This document shows positions 27,311 to 36,439 of a DNA stretch of 64,000 bases, one piece after another. The stretch is from Betaproteobacteria bacterium Ga0077523 (GTDB lineage: Bacteria > Pseudomonadota > Gammaproteobacteria > Burkholderiales > Ga0077523), in contig LNDQ01000116.1 of the NCBI GenBank assembly GCA_001464695.1, positions 6,884 through 70,883 of the forward strand. The letters are read 5' to 3'. A program made the translations under genes and the position numbers. The stretch's first letter is position 1. Each line of letters opens with the position of its first letter. Under the pieces are notes generated by a model, which did no database searches, was not told where the DNA came from, and worked only from the letters and a program-made list of their open reading frames with translations.

Positions 27311-28066
27311 GTGGCCGCGCTGCTCGAAGTGCGGGACGTGGCGCGCAGCTTCCGCGGGCTGCAGGTGCTGCGCGACGTGAGCTTCGACGTGGAAGAAGGC
27401 GGGATCGTGGGTCTCATCGGGCCCAACGGTGCGGGCAAGAGCACGCTGTTCAACATCATCTCCGGTTTTCTCGCGAGCGATCGCGGGCAGGTGATCTATG
27501 CCGGTGCCGACATCAGTGGTCGTTCGGTACCGCAGCGCAGCCGTGCAGGGTTGGTGCGCACCTTTCAGACGCCGCAGGTGTTCGCACACCTGACGGTGCT
27601 GGAGAACCTGATCGCGGGCTGCTACAAGCATACGAATACCGGCGTGCTGGCGAACCTGTTCGCGTCGCGCCGGTCGCGATCCGAGCTGCACCGCATGCAC
27701 GCGGACGCGGAAGCCGCTTGCGAGAAATTCGGTCTGACGGCGGTCCGGCATCGTCCGGCCGGCAAGCTGCCGGGCGGTCAGCAACGCCTGGTGGAACTGG
27801 CCCGTGCCGTGATCGGCAAGCCACGCCTCCTGTGCCTCGACGAACCCTCCTCGGGCCTCAACACCGGCGAGGTCACGGGACTCATGGCTGCCCTCGAACG
27901 GCTGGCGGCAGAGGGCATCACGATCCTGCTGGTGTCGCACGACATGGACCTCGTGAAGGTTGCGTCCGTCATCCACGTGCTGTGCTTCGGCGAGATCATC
28001 GCGCGCGGCCCCCTCGTCGAGATTCGCCGCGACGCGCGCGTGCGCGAAGCGTACCTGGGCGCCTGA
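27311..28066 (+). CDS. ABC transporter ATP-binding protein (LivG-like)
   Basis: Walker A GPNGAGKSTLFN, signature LPGGQQRLVELARA, Walker B LLCLDEPSSGL. GTG 27311 lies 3 nt after the upstream stop. Confidence 0.85.
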   Translation: MAALLEVRDVARSFRGLQVLRDVSFDVEEGGIVGLIGPNGAGKSTLFNIISGFLASDRGQVIYAGADISGRSVPQRSRAGLVRTFQTPQVFAHLTVLENLIAGCYKHTNTGVLANLFASRRSRSELHRMHADAEAACEKFGLTAVRHRPAGKLPGGQQRLVELARAVIGKPRLLCLDEPSSGLNTGEVTGLMAALERLAAEGITILLVSHDMDLVKVASVIHVLCFGEIIARGPLVEIRRDARVREAYLGA

Positions 28067-28068
28067 CC

Positions 28069-28788
28069 ATGCTGCGGGTCGAAGGCATCGAAGCAGGCTA
28101 TGGCGGACTTCCGGTGCTGAAGGAGCTGACCCTCGCCATCGAGCGCAACGAGGCCGTGGCGCTGATCGGGGCCAACGGGGCCGGCAAGTCGACCCTGGTA
28201 CGCGCAATCTGCGGCCTGCTGCCGCTCGCCGCGGGCCGCATCCTGCAGGACGGGCGCGAGATCCAGCGCCTGCCGGCCCACGAACGGACCCGCCACGGCA
28301 TTGCGGTGGTGCTGGAAGCGCGACACCTGTTCGGCGAACTCACCGTGCGCAACAACCTCGAGCTGGCTGCCGCACACGGCGAACGGCACGGGACCGCGCA
28401 GCGGAAGTTCCACCTGGACGATGTCATCGAGCTGTTTCCGTTCCTGCGCACCCGGCTCGACGCTGCGGTGCAACTCCTCTCGGGCGGGGAGCAGCAGATG
28501 GTCGCCATCGCGCGCGCGTTGCTGCTGCAGCCCGAGCTGCTGATCCTGGACGAGCCGTCCACAGGCCTGTCGCCCAAGGTGGTGCGCGAGATCGTCGGCG
28601 CGCTGGCAACATTGCGCAGCGGCGGCATGAGCATCCTGCTGGTGGAACAGAACGTGGCGTTGGCGGTCGAGACGGCCGACCGGGCCTACGTGATGGCGCT
28701 CGGTGCGATCGTTCGCGAGCTCGATGCCGCGGCATGGAAGAGCGTCCTGGGCGACGAGACTTTGCTGCAGGCGTACCTGGGGAGTTGA
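28069..28788 (+). CDS. ABC transporter ATP-binding protein (LivF-like)
   Basis: Walker A GANGAGKSTL, signature LSGGEQQMVAIARAL, Walker B LLILDEPSTGL. Confidence 0.85.
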   Translation: MLRVEGIEAGYGGLPVLKELTLAIERNEAVALIGANGAGKSTLVRAICGLLPLAAGRILQDGREIQRLPAHERTRHGIAVVLEARHLFGELTVRNNLELAAAHGERHGTAQRKFHLDDVIELFPFLRTRLDAAVQLLSGGEQQMVAIARALLLQPELLILDEPSTGLSPKVVREIVGALATLRSGGMSILLVEQNVALAVETADRAYVMALGAIVRELDAAAWKSVLGDETLLQAYLGS

Positions 28789-28796
28789 CCGCGACC

Positions 28797-30461
28797 ATGG
28801 ATCGGGTGCGCACGGACGTCAGCGGCTGGGTGACGCGACTCACCGAGGATGACATCCGTCGCTACAAGCGCACGGGGGCGTGGAGGGACGTGACGTTGGC
28901 GGACTGCGCCGTGCGACAGGGCGAGCGTGCGCCCGATCGGACCGCGGTGCTGGAGGGTGAGCGTTCGGCAAGCTTCGGCGCGATCCTCGCCGAGGCGCGG
29001 CAGCTGGCCGCGGCCTTCGACGCCATGGGACTCAGGCCGGGCGAGGTCATCAGCTACCAGTTGCCGAACTGGATCGAGACCATGGTCCTCAACGTCGCGG
29101 CGTGCCTGGCCGGACTGGTGGTGAACCCAATCGTGCCGATCTATCGCGAGGCGGAGGTGCGCTACATCCTCGCGGATTGTCGCTCGCGCGTGTTCTTCAT
29201 CCCCGAGCGCTTCCGCAACTTCGACTATCCGGCCATGGCCGGGCGTCTGCGTGCGGGGCTACCCAGCCTGCGTGAGATCGTGGTGGTGCGGGGACAGGCA
29301 GAGGGCTGCCGTCGCTACGACGATCTGCTCGCGTCGGGCCTTGGACTACCCGTGATCGAAGGGCGCGCGGATCCCGATGCCGTGAAGCTGGTGCTCTATA
29401 CCTCCGGTACCACCGGCAATCCGAAGGGCGTGCTCCACAGCCACAACACAATCATGGCGGAGATGGACGCCGTGATCGGGTTCTGGGGCATTCACGAGCG
29501 CGACGTCGTGCTGATGCCGTCGCCCGTTACGCACATCACCGGGTACCTGTATGCGCTCGAGGTCGCGTTCGCTGCGGGCGTGAAGGTCGTCTTCATGGAA
29601 CGGTGGAACGTGACCGAGGCGGTCGAACTGATCGCGCGACACGGCGTGAGTTTCAGCGTGGGTGCCACGCCCTTCCTCAAGGAACTGGTGAACGAAGTGG
29701 AAACGCGCAAGCTCGCGCTGCCGAGCTTGCGACGTTTCATGAGCGGGGGCGCTCCCGTGCCGCCCGAGCTCATCTACCGGGCCAATCAGGCGATGCCCGA
29801 CTGCACGGCCTTTCGCGTCTACGGCAGCACCGAAGCGCCCACCGTGACTCTCGGCATCCGGAGCCGCGACGAGGCCGACATGGGTGCCAACACCGACGGG
29901 CGCATCGTCAACCACGAAGTGCGGTTGTGCGATCCGGCAACGGGTGCTCCGTTGGCTGCGGATGCGGAAGGGGAGATCTGCACCCGCGGTCCGGAGATGA
30001 TGCTGGGGTACACCGACCCGCAGCAGACGCGCGAGAGTTGGGACGCCGATGGCTATTTCCACACCGGCGATCTCGGGTACTACGTGAACGGCGACTACCT
30101 GTGCGTGAGCGGCCGCAAGAAGGATCTCATCATTCGCGGCGGCGAGAACCTGAGCCCGAAGGAGATCGAGGACGTCCTGCACCGGCACCCCGACATCCAG
30201 GAGGTGGCGATCGTGTCGATGCCGCACGAGCGCCTGGGCGAAGGCGTGTGCGCCTGCGTCATCGTGCGCGAGGGTCGCAAGGTCGACGTGACGACGCTGG
30301 CGTCCTGGCTGGAACTGGCAGGGCTTGCCCGACAGAAGTTCCCCGAGCGCGTGGAACTGATGGACGACCTGCCGCGCACGGCTTCGGGCAAGGTGCAGAA
30401 GAACGTGTTGCGCGACACCGTCGCCGCGAAGATCGCGGCCGAAAGGAAGGACCACCGATGA
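28797..30461 (+). CDS. AMP-dependent acyl-CoA synthetase/ligase
   Basis: AMP-binding motif LYTSGTTGNPKGVLHSH, YGSTE, GDLGY..GRKKDLIIRGGENL, and C-terminal lysine RTASGKVQK. Confidence 0.85.
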   Translation: MDRVRTDVSGWVTRLTEDDIRRYKRTGAWRDVTLADCAVRQGERAPDRTAVLEGERSASFGAILAEARQLAAAFDAMGLRPGEVISYQLPNWIETMVLNVAACLAGLVVNPIVPIYREAEVRYILADCRSRVFFIPERFRNFDYPAMAGRLRAGLPSLREIVVVRGQAEGCRRYDDLLASGLGLPVIEGRADPDAVKLVLYTSGTTGNPKGVLHSHNTIMAEMDAVIGFWGIHERDVVLMPSPVTHITGYLYALEVAFAAGVKVVFMERWNVTEAVELIARHGVSFSVGATPFLKELVNEVETRKLALPSLRRFMSGGAPVPPELIYRANQAMPDCTAFRVYGSTEAPTVTLGIRSRDEADMGANTDGRIVNHEVRLCDPATGAPLAADAEGEICTRGPEMMLGYTDPQQTRESWDADGYFHTGDLGYYVNGDYLCVSGRKKDLIIRGGENLSPKEIEDVLHRHPDIQEVAIVSMPHERLGEGVCACVIVREGRKVDVTTLASWLELAGLARQKFPERVELMDDLPRTASGKVQKNVLRDTVAAKIAAERKDHR

Positions 30462-31441
30462 GCACGATGACGAACTCGACGGCACCACGTCCCGACCTGC
30501 CGGCACTGTATCGACGGATGCTGTTGATCCGGCGCATGGAGGAGCGGCTCGGCGATGTGGTGCAGTCCGGCGAACTGCCAGGCCCGGTGCACCTGTATAT
30601 TGGTCAGGAAGCGGTGGCGGTAGGTGTGTGTGCACACCTGACGGACGCGGACTGGATTGCGAGCAACCATCGCGGGCACGGTCACTTCCTCGCCAAAGGC
30701 GGTACGCCCCACGCGATGGTGGCCGAGATCTTCGGTCGCGACACCGGCATCTGCCACGGCAAGGGCGGCTCGATGCATGTGGCTGACTTCAGTCGCGGCA
30801 TCCTCGGTGCGAACGGGATCGTGGGCGGCGGTATCGGCCTGGCGGCCGGTGCGGCACTGGCCGCTCAACTCGATCGCAAGAGCTGCGTGTCGGTCGTGTT
30901 CTTCGGCGACGGCGGCGCGAACCAGGGTGTGGTGAGCGAGGTGCTGAACATCGCCGCCATCTGGAAGCTGCCGCTGCTGCTGGTGTGCGAGAACAACGGC
31001 TTCTCGGAGTTCTCGCCGACCAGCACGGTGACAGCGGGCGAGATTGCCGCGCGGGCGCAGCCCTTCGGTGTTCCGGGGATCACCGTCGACGGCAACGATG
31101 TGATCTCGGTATGGCGCGCGAGTGCGGAAGCGGTCGGGCGCGCGCGAGCCGGTCGCGGTCCGACGCTGCTCGAGGCACGTACCTACCGCTGGCGCGGTCA
31201 CGTCGAGACCGAGAAGAGCTTCCTGTCGGAAGCCTATCGCGAGGACGGCGAGATCGCTGAATGGCGCGCAAGGGATCCGATCGTGCGGCTGGAGATGCAA
31301 TTGCTGGAAGGCGGTACCGCGCAGGGCGATATCGACGTCATCCGCAGCGAGATCACGGGTGAAGTGGAACGAGCCTATGCGCAGGCGCTGGCGGATCCGA
31401 CACCACCCGAGGCAAGTGCTTTCCAGCACATGCTTGCCTGA
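30458..31441 (+). CDS. Thiamine-diphosphate-dependent dehydrogenase E1 alpha subunit (AcoA/PdhA-like)
   Basis: ATGA overlap with the ligase gene. ..HRGHGHFLAKG.., GKGGSMH and FFGDGGANQG TPP-binding motifs. Confidence 0.85.
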   Translation: MSTMTNSTAPRPDLPALYRRMLLIRRMEERLGDVVQSGELPGPVHLYIGQEAVAVGVCAHLTDADWIASNHRGHGHFLAKGGTPHAMVAEIFGRDTGICHGKGGSMHVADFSRGILGANGIVGGGIGLAAGAALAAQLDRKSCVSVVFFGDGGANQGVVSEVLNIAAIWKLPLLLVCENNGFSEFSPTSTVTAGEIAARAQPFGVPGITVDGNDVISVWRASAEAVGRARAGRGPTLLEARTYRWRGHVETEKSFLSEAYREDGEIAEWRARDPIVRLEMQLLEGGTAQGDIDVIRSEITGEVERAYAQALADPTPPEASAFQHMLA

Positions 31442-31451
31442 AGGGGCGACC

Positions 31452-32429
31452 ATGGCGAAGAAACGGCTCATCCAGGCGATCAACGAAGCGCTGTCCGAAG
31501 AGATGGAGCGCGACCCCCGCGTGATCCTGTTCGGCGAAGACGTGAAGATCAGCCTGTTCGGCGACACCAAGGGGCTCGCCGATCGCTTCGGCGATCAGCG
31601 CGTGCGTAACACCCCGATCGCGGAAACGGCGATGACCGGGATGGCAGTGGGAGCGGCGGCGGCCGGTTACCGGGTCGTCTGCCACATGATGTTCGCGAAC
31701 TTCCTCTACACCGGCTTCGATGCGATCGCGAACCAGGCGGCGAAGCTGCGCTACATGACCGCGGGCCAGATCCGCCTGCCCATCGTCTACATGGCGGTGA
31801 TGGGCGCCGGCCGCTCCGCCGGGGCGCAACATTCCGACGTGCCGTACCCGATGTTGATGAACCTCGGCGGCATCAAGGTAGCCGTGCCGAGCACGCCGGC
31901 CGACGCCAAAGGGCTGTTGAAGGCGGCGATCCGCGATGACAATCCGGTGGTGTTCCTGCAGCCGGCACGCCGCGGTGGTGAACAGGGCGAAGTACCGGAC
32001 GGGGAGCACCTGGTGCCGCTCGGCGTGGCTGATTGCAAACGAGCTGGCAGCGACGTGACCGTCGTCGCCATCGGTGCCATGGTGCGCCATGCCCTGCGAG
32101 CCGCGGACATCCTGCAGCAGGAGAACGTCAGCGTCGAAGTGGTCGACCCGCGCACGCTCTTTCCCTTGGACGAGGCGGCCATCCTCGCATCGGTTCGCAA
32201 GACCGGTCGGCTGGTGATCGTGGACGAGGCGCGTACCACTTGCAGCGCCGCGAGTGAGATCGCCGCCATTGCGGTGGAGAAAGCCTTCAACGCGCTGAAG
32301 GCGCCGGTCCGACGCGTCACGGTCGCCGATGTGGCGATTCCCTATGCGCCAACGCTGGAGAAAGCGGTGCTGCCAGATGAACAGACGGTTGCGCGCGCCG
32401 TGCGCGAGGTCATGGGAGCAGGGCGATGA
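31452..32429 (+). CDS. 2-oxoacid/acetoin dehydrogenase E1 beta subunit
   Basis: MAKKRLIQAINEALSEEMERDPRVILFGEDV.. and ..RNTPIAETAMTGMAVGAA.., typical of the transketolase-like beta subunit. Confidence 0.85.
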   Translation: MAKKRLIQAINEALSEEMERDPRVILFGEDVKISLFGDTKGLADRFGDQRVRNTPIAETAMTGMAVGAAAAGYRVVCHMMFANFLYTGFDAIANQAAKLRYMTAGQIRLPIVYMAVMGAGRSAGAQHSDVPYPMLMNLGGIKVAVPSTPADAKGLLKAAIRDDNPVVFLQPARRGGEQGEVPDGEHLVPLGVADCKRAGSDVTVVAIGAMVRHALRAADILQQENVSVEVVDPRTLFPLDEAAILASVRKTGRLVIVDEARTTCSAASEIAAIAVEKAFNALKAPVRRVTVADVAIPYAPTLEKAVLPDEQTVARAVREVMGAGR

Positions 32430-32662
32430 AGGTGTCGCTGAAGCTCCCCTTGTTCGGCATGAACATGGAGGAGGCCACCATCGTGAAGTGGCACAAGCAC
32501 GCGGGGGAGTCGTTCAGGAAAGGTGAGCCGCTGTACGAGATCGAGACCGAGAAGGTCACGCAGGAGGTGGAAGCGCCCTGCGACGGTACGCTGGTCGAGA
32601 TCGTGGCCGGCGAGGAACAGACCATCGCAGTCGGTGACGTGGTCTGCAACATCGAGACATAG
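32426..32662 (+). CDS. Free-standing lipoyl-attachment (biotinyl/lipoyl) domain protein
   Basis: 78 aa with ATGA overlap with E1 beta. Lipoyl-lysine context EIETEKVTQEVEAPCDGTLVEI. No E2 catalytic domain follows. Confidence 0.75.
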   Translation: MKVSLKLPLFGMNMEEATIVKWHKHAGESFRKGEPLYEIETEKVTQEVEAPCDGTLVEIVAGEEQTIAVGDVVCNIET

Positions 32663-32819
32663 CTGACAATGCCACTTTCCATCGAGCGATTCGCGCGGGT
32701 ACGGACTGCCCCGGCCCGCGGGTGTCGCTCCGCCTTTGACAAGGAATTCGCTGGCGAGCACTATCGTGAGGCGTGGAAGAAACCTGCAGCCCCAGCGCGT
32801 CTCAGAGGAACATCCCGTC

Positions 32820-34313
32820 ATGAGTGAACCTGCTCCGCGCTGGGAATGGCGCTCGTTTGGGCGAGTCTTCGGTGAAGCCGTGGCTCGGTTCGAGAAGCTC
32901 ACGCCGGACAGCGTTCACGAGAGCGACGAGATCTACCTGCTTTCCGACGCCGGCGACAACGTGAAGGTCCGCGATGCTCTGATGGACATCAAGGTGCTGC
33001 GTGAGGTCAACGCGGACGGCCTGGAGCAATGGACTCCGGTCATGAAGGCGGGCTTCCCGCTTGCGGCGGCCGACGCGAAGAAGGTTCTCGAGTCGCTCCA
33101 TATCCCGGTACCTCCGACGGTCCGTGCGACCTACACTCTGGACGAGTTTCTCGCACAGTTTGCCGCGCCGGGCGGTGCGATTCGCGCGGTGAAGGTCCAC
33201 AAGCGGCGGACGCGCTACACGGTGAGCGGTTGCATGGCCGAACTCTCCGATGTGACGGCCAATGGCAAGCCGACCCGCACCATCGCCGTCGAGTCCGAGA
33301 ATGCTGCAGAGGTGATCGGTGCCGTCCGGGAGCTCGGCCTCGGCGGATATCGGAACACCAGCTATCCGCGGGGCCTGGTAGGCCTGATCGACGATGAACC
33401 CGAACGCTACGCCGTCATCGATGCCGGTACCAATTCGATCAAATTCCACATCGGCGAGTGCGATCGTGCAGGGCGCTGGCGGACTGTCATCGACCGCGCG
33501 GAATTGACGCGCCTCGGGGAGGGGCTCGCGCAGCGGGGCGCGATCAACGATACCGCGCTCGAACGAACGCTCACCGCTATTGCCGACATGGTCGACGAGG
33601 CGACGCGCCACGGCGTGCGGGCAATCGCTGCAGTGGGTACGGCCGGCCTGCGGTCCGCCTCGAACACCCGGGAGGTCGTCGCCGTCATCCGGAAGCGTGC
33701 AGGCGTGAACATAGAAGTGATCTCGGGTGAAGAGGAAGGCCGGTTGGCCTACCTGGCCGCCAAGTCCGGCCTCGCGTTGGACACCGGCTCGCTCGTCGTT
33801 TTCGACACCGGTGGTGGCAGTTCGCAGTTCACCTTCGGGCACGACGCCAGCGTGGACGAGCGCTTCAGCGTCGAAGTCGGCGCCGTGCGATACACCGAGC
33901 GCTACAAGCTCGACGGCGCAGTGTCCTCAGGCGTGCTGCGTGAAGCCATGGCAGCGATTGCGGGCGACCTTTCGCGCATCGACAGCCGTCCGGTTCCGGA
34001 TGCGCTGGTGGGGATGGGTGGCGCTATCACCAACATCACTGCGGTCAAGCACCAGCTCGCGTCTTACGATCCGGCTGTGGTTCAGGGGACGGTCCTCGAC
34101 CGTGCAGAGATCGATCGCCAGATCGAACTCTATCGGGCCCGGGATGCCGATGCCCGCTGTTCGATCGTCGGCCTGCAGCCAAAGCGGGCGGAGGTCATTC
34201 TCGCAGGGGCATGCATCATCCGGACGGTGATGGAAAAGCTGGGCAAGGACAGCTTGACGGTCAGCGACCGCGGCTTGCGTCACGGCGTGCTGGCCGAACG
34301 ATTCAGTTCTTGA
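32820..34313 (+). CDS. CYTH/TTM-like domain fused to Ppx/GppA phosphatase
   Basis: The N-terminal ~200 aa have alternating charged beta-strands (WEWRSF, VKVRD, DIKVLRE, VKVHKRRTRYTV, MAELSDV, IAVESE) resembling a triphosphate tunnel. The C-terminal part has Ppx/GppA motifs YAVIDAGTNSIKFHI, AVGTAGLR, VVFDTGGGSSQF. Confidence 0.7.
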   Translation: MSEPAPRWEWRSFGRVFGEAVARFEKLTPDSVHESDEIYLLSDAGDNVKVRDALMDIKVLREVNADGLEQWTPVMKAGFPLAAADAKKVLESLHIPVPPTVRATYTLDEFLAQFAAPGGAIRAVKVHKRRTRYTVSGCMAELSDVTANGKPTRTIAVESENAAEVIGAVRELGLGGYRNTSYPRGLVGLIDDEPERYAVIDAGTNSIKFHIGECDRAGRWRTVIDRAELTRLGEGLAQRGAINDTALERTLTAIADMVDEATRHGVRAIAAVGTAGLRSASNTREVVAVIRKRAGVNIEVISGEEEGRLAYLAAKSGLALDTGSLVVFDTGGGSSQFTFGHDASVDERFSVEVGAVRYTERYKLDGAVSSGVLREAMAAIAGDLSRIDSRPVPDALVGMGGAITNITAVKHQLASYDPAVVQGTVLDRAEIDRQIELYRARDADARCSIVGLQPKRAEVILAGACIIRTVMEKLGKDSLTVSDRGLRHGVLAERFSS

Positions 34314-34388
34314 ATGTCGAGAGTACGAGCGCAAACCGGGAAGAGTGTCGTTCATTCCCGCCGTTGAAGACCAGGAGGACCACAAGCC

Positions 34389-35288
34389 ATGGCTACCAGG
34401 ACAGCCACCAAGACCACCAAACCTAGCGGAGCCACCAAGTCCAACACAGCATCGGGAGCCAGGAAAACTCGCGCCGTTGCGAAAGCCGCAAAGCCCGCCG
34501 GCCCGGCACCGACGCTTTCGCCCGAGCAGGTGGCCGAGCTCATCGACGTCATCAAGGGCGTGAACAGCGTCGAGCTGAAGCTGTCGGTGCCACTCGTGAG
34601 CCACCAGGCCACGATCAGGGCCATCGGTCTCGACCCGGTCGAGGCGCAGCCGCGGCAGGCGTTCTTCTTCGATACGCCGGACCTTGCCTTGAATCGTGCT
34701 GGTCTGGTAATCCGGGTCCGCCGAACCCAGGGTGGAACGGCCGACACGGTCATCAAGCTTCGCCCCGTGGATCCGGCAACGATCGACGCAGAGCTGCGCC
34801 GCTCGGCGAGCTTCAAGGTCGAAGTGGATGTGATGCCAGGAGGGTTCGTGTGTTCGGCGTCATTCAAGGGCGTATGCCCAAGCAAGGACGCGCGCGACGT
34901 GACTGCCGGCACGGCTCGACTGAGTTCGCTGTTCTCGAAGGAGCAACGCGCGTTCTTCAAGGCGCACGCTCCGGCGAACATCAGTCTGGACGCGCTGACC
35001 GTTCTGGGCCCTACCTTCGTGCTGAAGGCCAAGCACCAGCCGAAGGACTTCGATCGCCGCATTGTCGTCGAGATGTGGCTCTATCCCGACGGGTCGCGCA
35101 TCCTCGAGATTTCCACCAAGGCCCTGCCGAACGAGGCCTTCCAGGTTGCCGCCACGTTCAAGAACTACCTGGCGACGATGGGCGTCTCGCTCGCCGCGCG
35201 GCAGGAAACGAAGACCAAGGCCGCGATGGATTTCTACAAGGCCAAGATCAAGTCGGATCTGGGCGGGGTCGTGCCGGCGACGTCATGA
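34389..35288 (+). CDS. CYTH/TTM-like protein with Lys/Ala/Thr-rich N-terminal tail
   Basis: The first ~45 aa are low-complexity and basic (ATRTATKTTKPSGATKSNTASGARKTRAVAKAAKPAG). Tunnel-like strands follow: VELKLSV, LVIRVRR, TVIKLRP, FKVEVDV, IVVEMWLY, ILEIST. Strong Shine-Dalgarno (AGGAGGA). Confidence 0.6.
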   Translation: MATRTATKTTKPSGATKSNTASGARKTRAVAKAAKPAGPAPTLSPEQVAELIDVIKGVNSVELKLSVPLVSHQATIRAIGLDPVEAQPRQAFFFDTPDLALNRAGLVIRVRRTQGGTADTVIKLRPVDPATIDAELRRSASFKVEVDVMPGGFVCSASFKGVCPSKDARDVTAGTARLSSLFSKEQRAFFKAHAPANISLDALTVLGPTFVLKAKHQPKDFDRRIVVEMWLYPDGSRILEISTKALPNEAFQVAATFKNYLATMGVSLAARQETKTKAAMDFYKAKIKSDLGGVVPATS

Positions 35289-35479
35289 TGAGATCCGGAT
35301 CGGGTGCCGGCCGGGTGTGACTCAGGACGAGGCGATGCAAGCGCAGGTCCGTTCCAAGTGTTGACAGGCCCTGGATCCTCGTCAGCACCGGTGAGCGCAT
35401 CTGCATAGGCGAAAGCGGAATATCGGCGCGCCGGCGGCGGGCTTAGACTCCGACGCTCCGGAGTCAGGAGCATCCCCCG

Positions 35480-36316
35480 ATGGTCACCGACGCGCCGCAA
35501 TGGCTGCACGGTCTCAACGAGACCATTTTTCCTGAGGCACCACTCGCGGTGGAGGCCGACGGGTCGTTCGTCGGGCGCTTTCGGCGGCGCGTGCTGTCGA
35601 GCGTGTACCAGCCGGTGCTGAGCACCGTGGACGGGACCACCGTCGCGCATTCGGCGCGAATCCGCTGCATTTTCGAGGAGCAGGTGGAATCTCCTGCAGG
35701 GGTGTTCGCTCTGACCGGTCCGGACGCGCTGGTCGTGCAACTCGACAGGTCTGCCCGGACGCTGCACGCGCTCAACTACTACCCGAAGGCGCGCGCCACC
35801 TGGCGTCTGTTTCTCCGTGTGCAGGCGCGCCTGGTGGAGAGTGTGGGTCGCGGTCACGGCCGTGTCTTCGTGGGCATCCTCGGGCGCCTGGGCGTTCCCA
35901 CCAAGGATGTGGTGATCGAGTTGCCGCGCCACACGAACGAAGACCCGGACCTGTATGCCCGGGCGTTGCTCAGCTATCGCAGCCTCGGCTACCGAGTCGC
36001 GTCCGAGTGTCTCGATCCGGATGACCCGTTGCTCTCCGGCCGCTACGAGGTGATTCCGGACGTCGTCGCCGTGGATCCGCGCTGGCTGCCGGATCCTGCC
36101 GCGCTGCCCCGGCTGGTCGGTCAGATCCAGCAGCGCGGTGCCACGGCGCTGGTGCACCGGATCGAGACCTTCGAACTTGCCCGACAGGCGGTCGCCGCGG
36201 GTGCCGACCTGCTGCAGGGTTACCATCTGGGCCTGCCGGCGCGGCGTCCGGAAGCGGCACGGCTCGGTGCGGAATTCTCGAGCCGGGATGCTGCTGCGCG
36301 CGAGCCGGTGATGTAG
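35480..36316 (+). CDS. Degenerate EAL-domain protein
   Basis: Layout is EAL-like: YQPVLSTVDGTTVAHSARIR (EAL motif replaced by SAR), VIELPRH, RIETFELARQAVAAGADLLQGYHLGLP. A DDxGxG metal site is not evident. Confidence 0.6.
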   Translation: MVTDAPQWLHGLNETIFPEAPLAVEADGSFVGRFRRRVLSSVYQPVLSTVDGTTVAHSARIRCIFEEQVESPAGVFALTGPDALVVQLDRSARTLHALNYYPKARATWRLFLRVQARLVESVGRGHGRVFVGILGRLGVPTKDVVIELPRHTNEDPDLYARALLSYRSLGYRVASECLDPDDPLLSGRYEVIPDVVAVDPRWLPDPAALPRLVGQIQQRGATALVHRIETFELARQAVAAGADLLQGYHLGLPARRPEAARLGAEFSSRDAAAREPVM

Positions 36317-36325
36317 GTGATGTGC

Positions 36326-36373
36326 CTCCAGCAGGGGCCACGGCCCTTTGCCCCAAGGGGGGGGCGCTGGAGG
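36326..36373. repeat. Diverged family C-like hairpin between convergent genes
   Basis: Outer stem cctccagc/gctggagg encloses ggccctttgccccaagggggg, which resembles the family C core. Confidence 0.5.
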
Positions 36374-36439
36374 TCTGCGCTAGTCGAAGGCCATCGGACT
36401 TTGTTCGATGGCAGGCCCGAAGAGGATTGACGCGCGGTG

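Noticed and set aside
32663-32819. TTGACA..TATCGT promoter-like hexamers upstream of the CYTH-Ppx gene.
   Set aside because: The spacer is about 20 nt, too long for a confident sigma-70 promoter call without experimental data.
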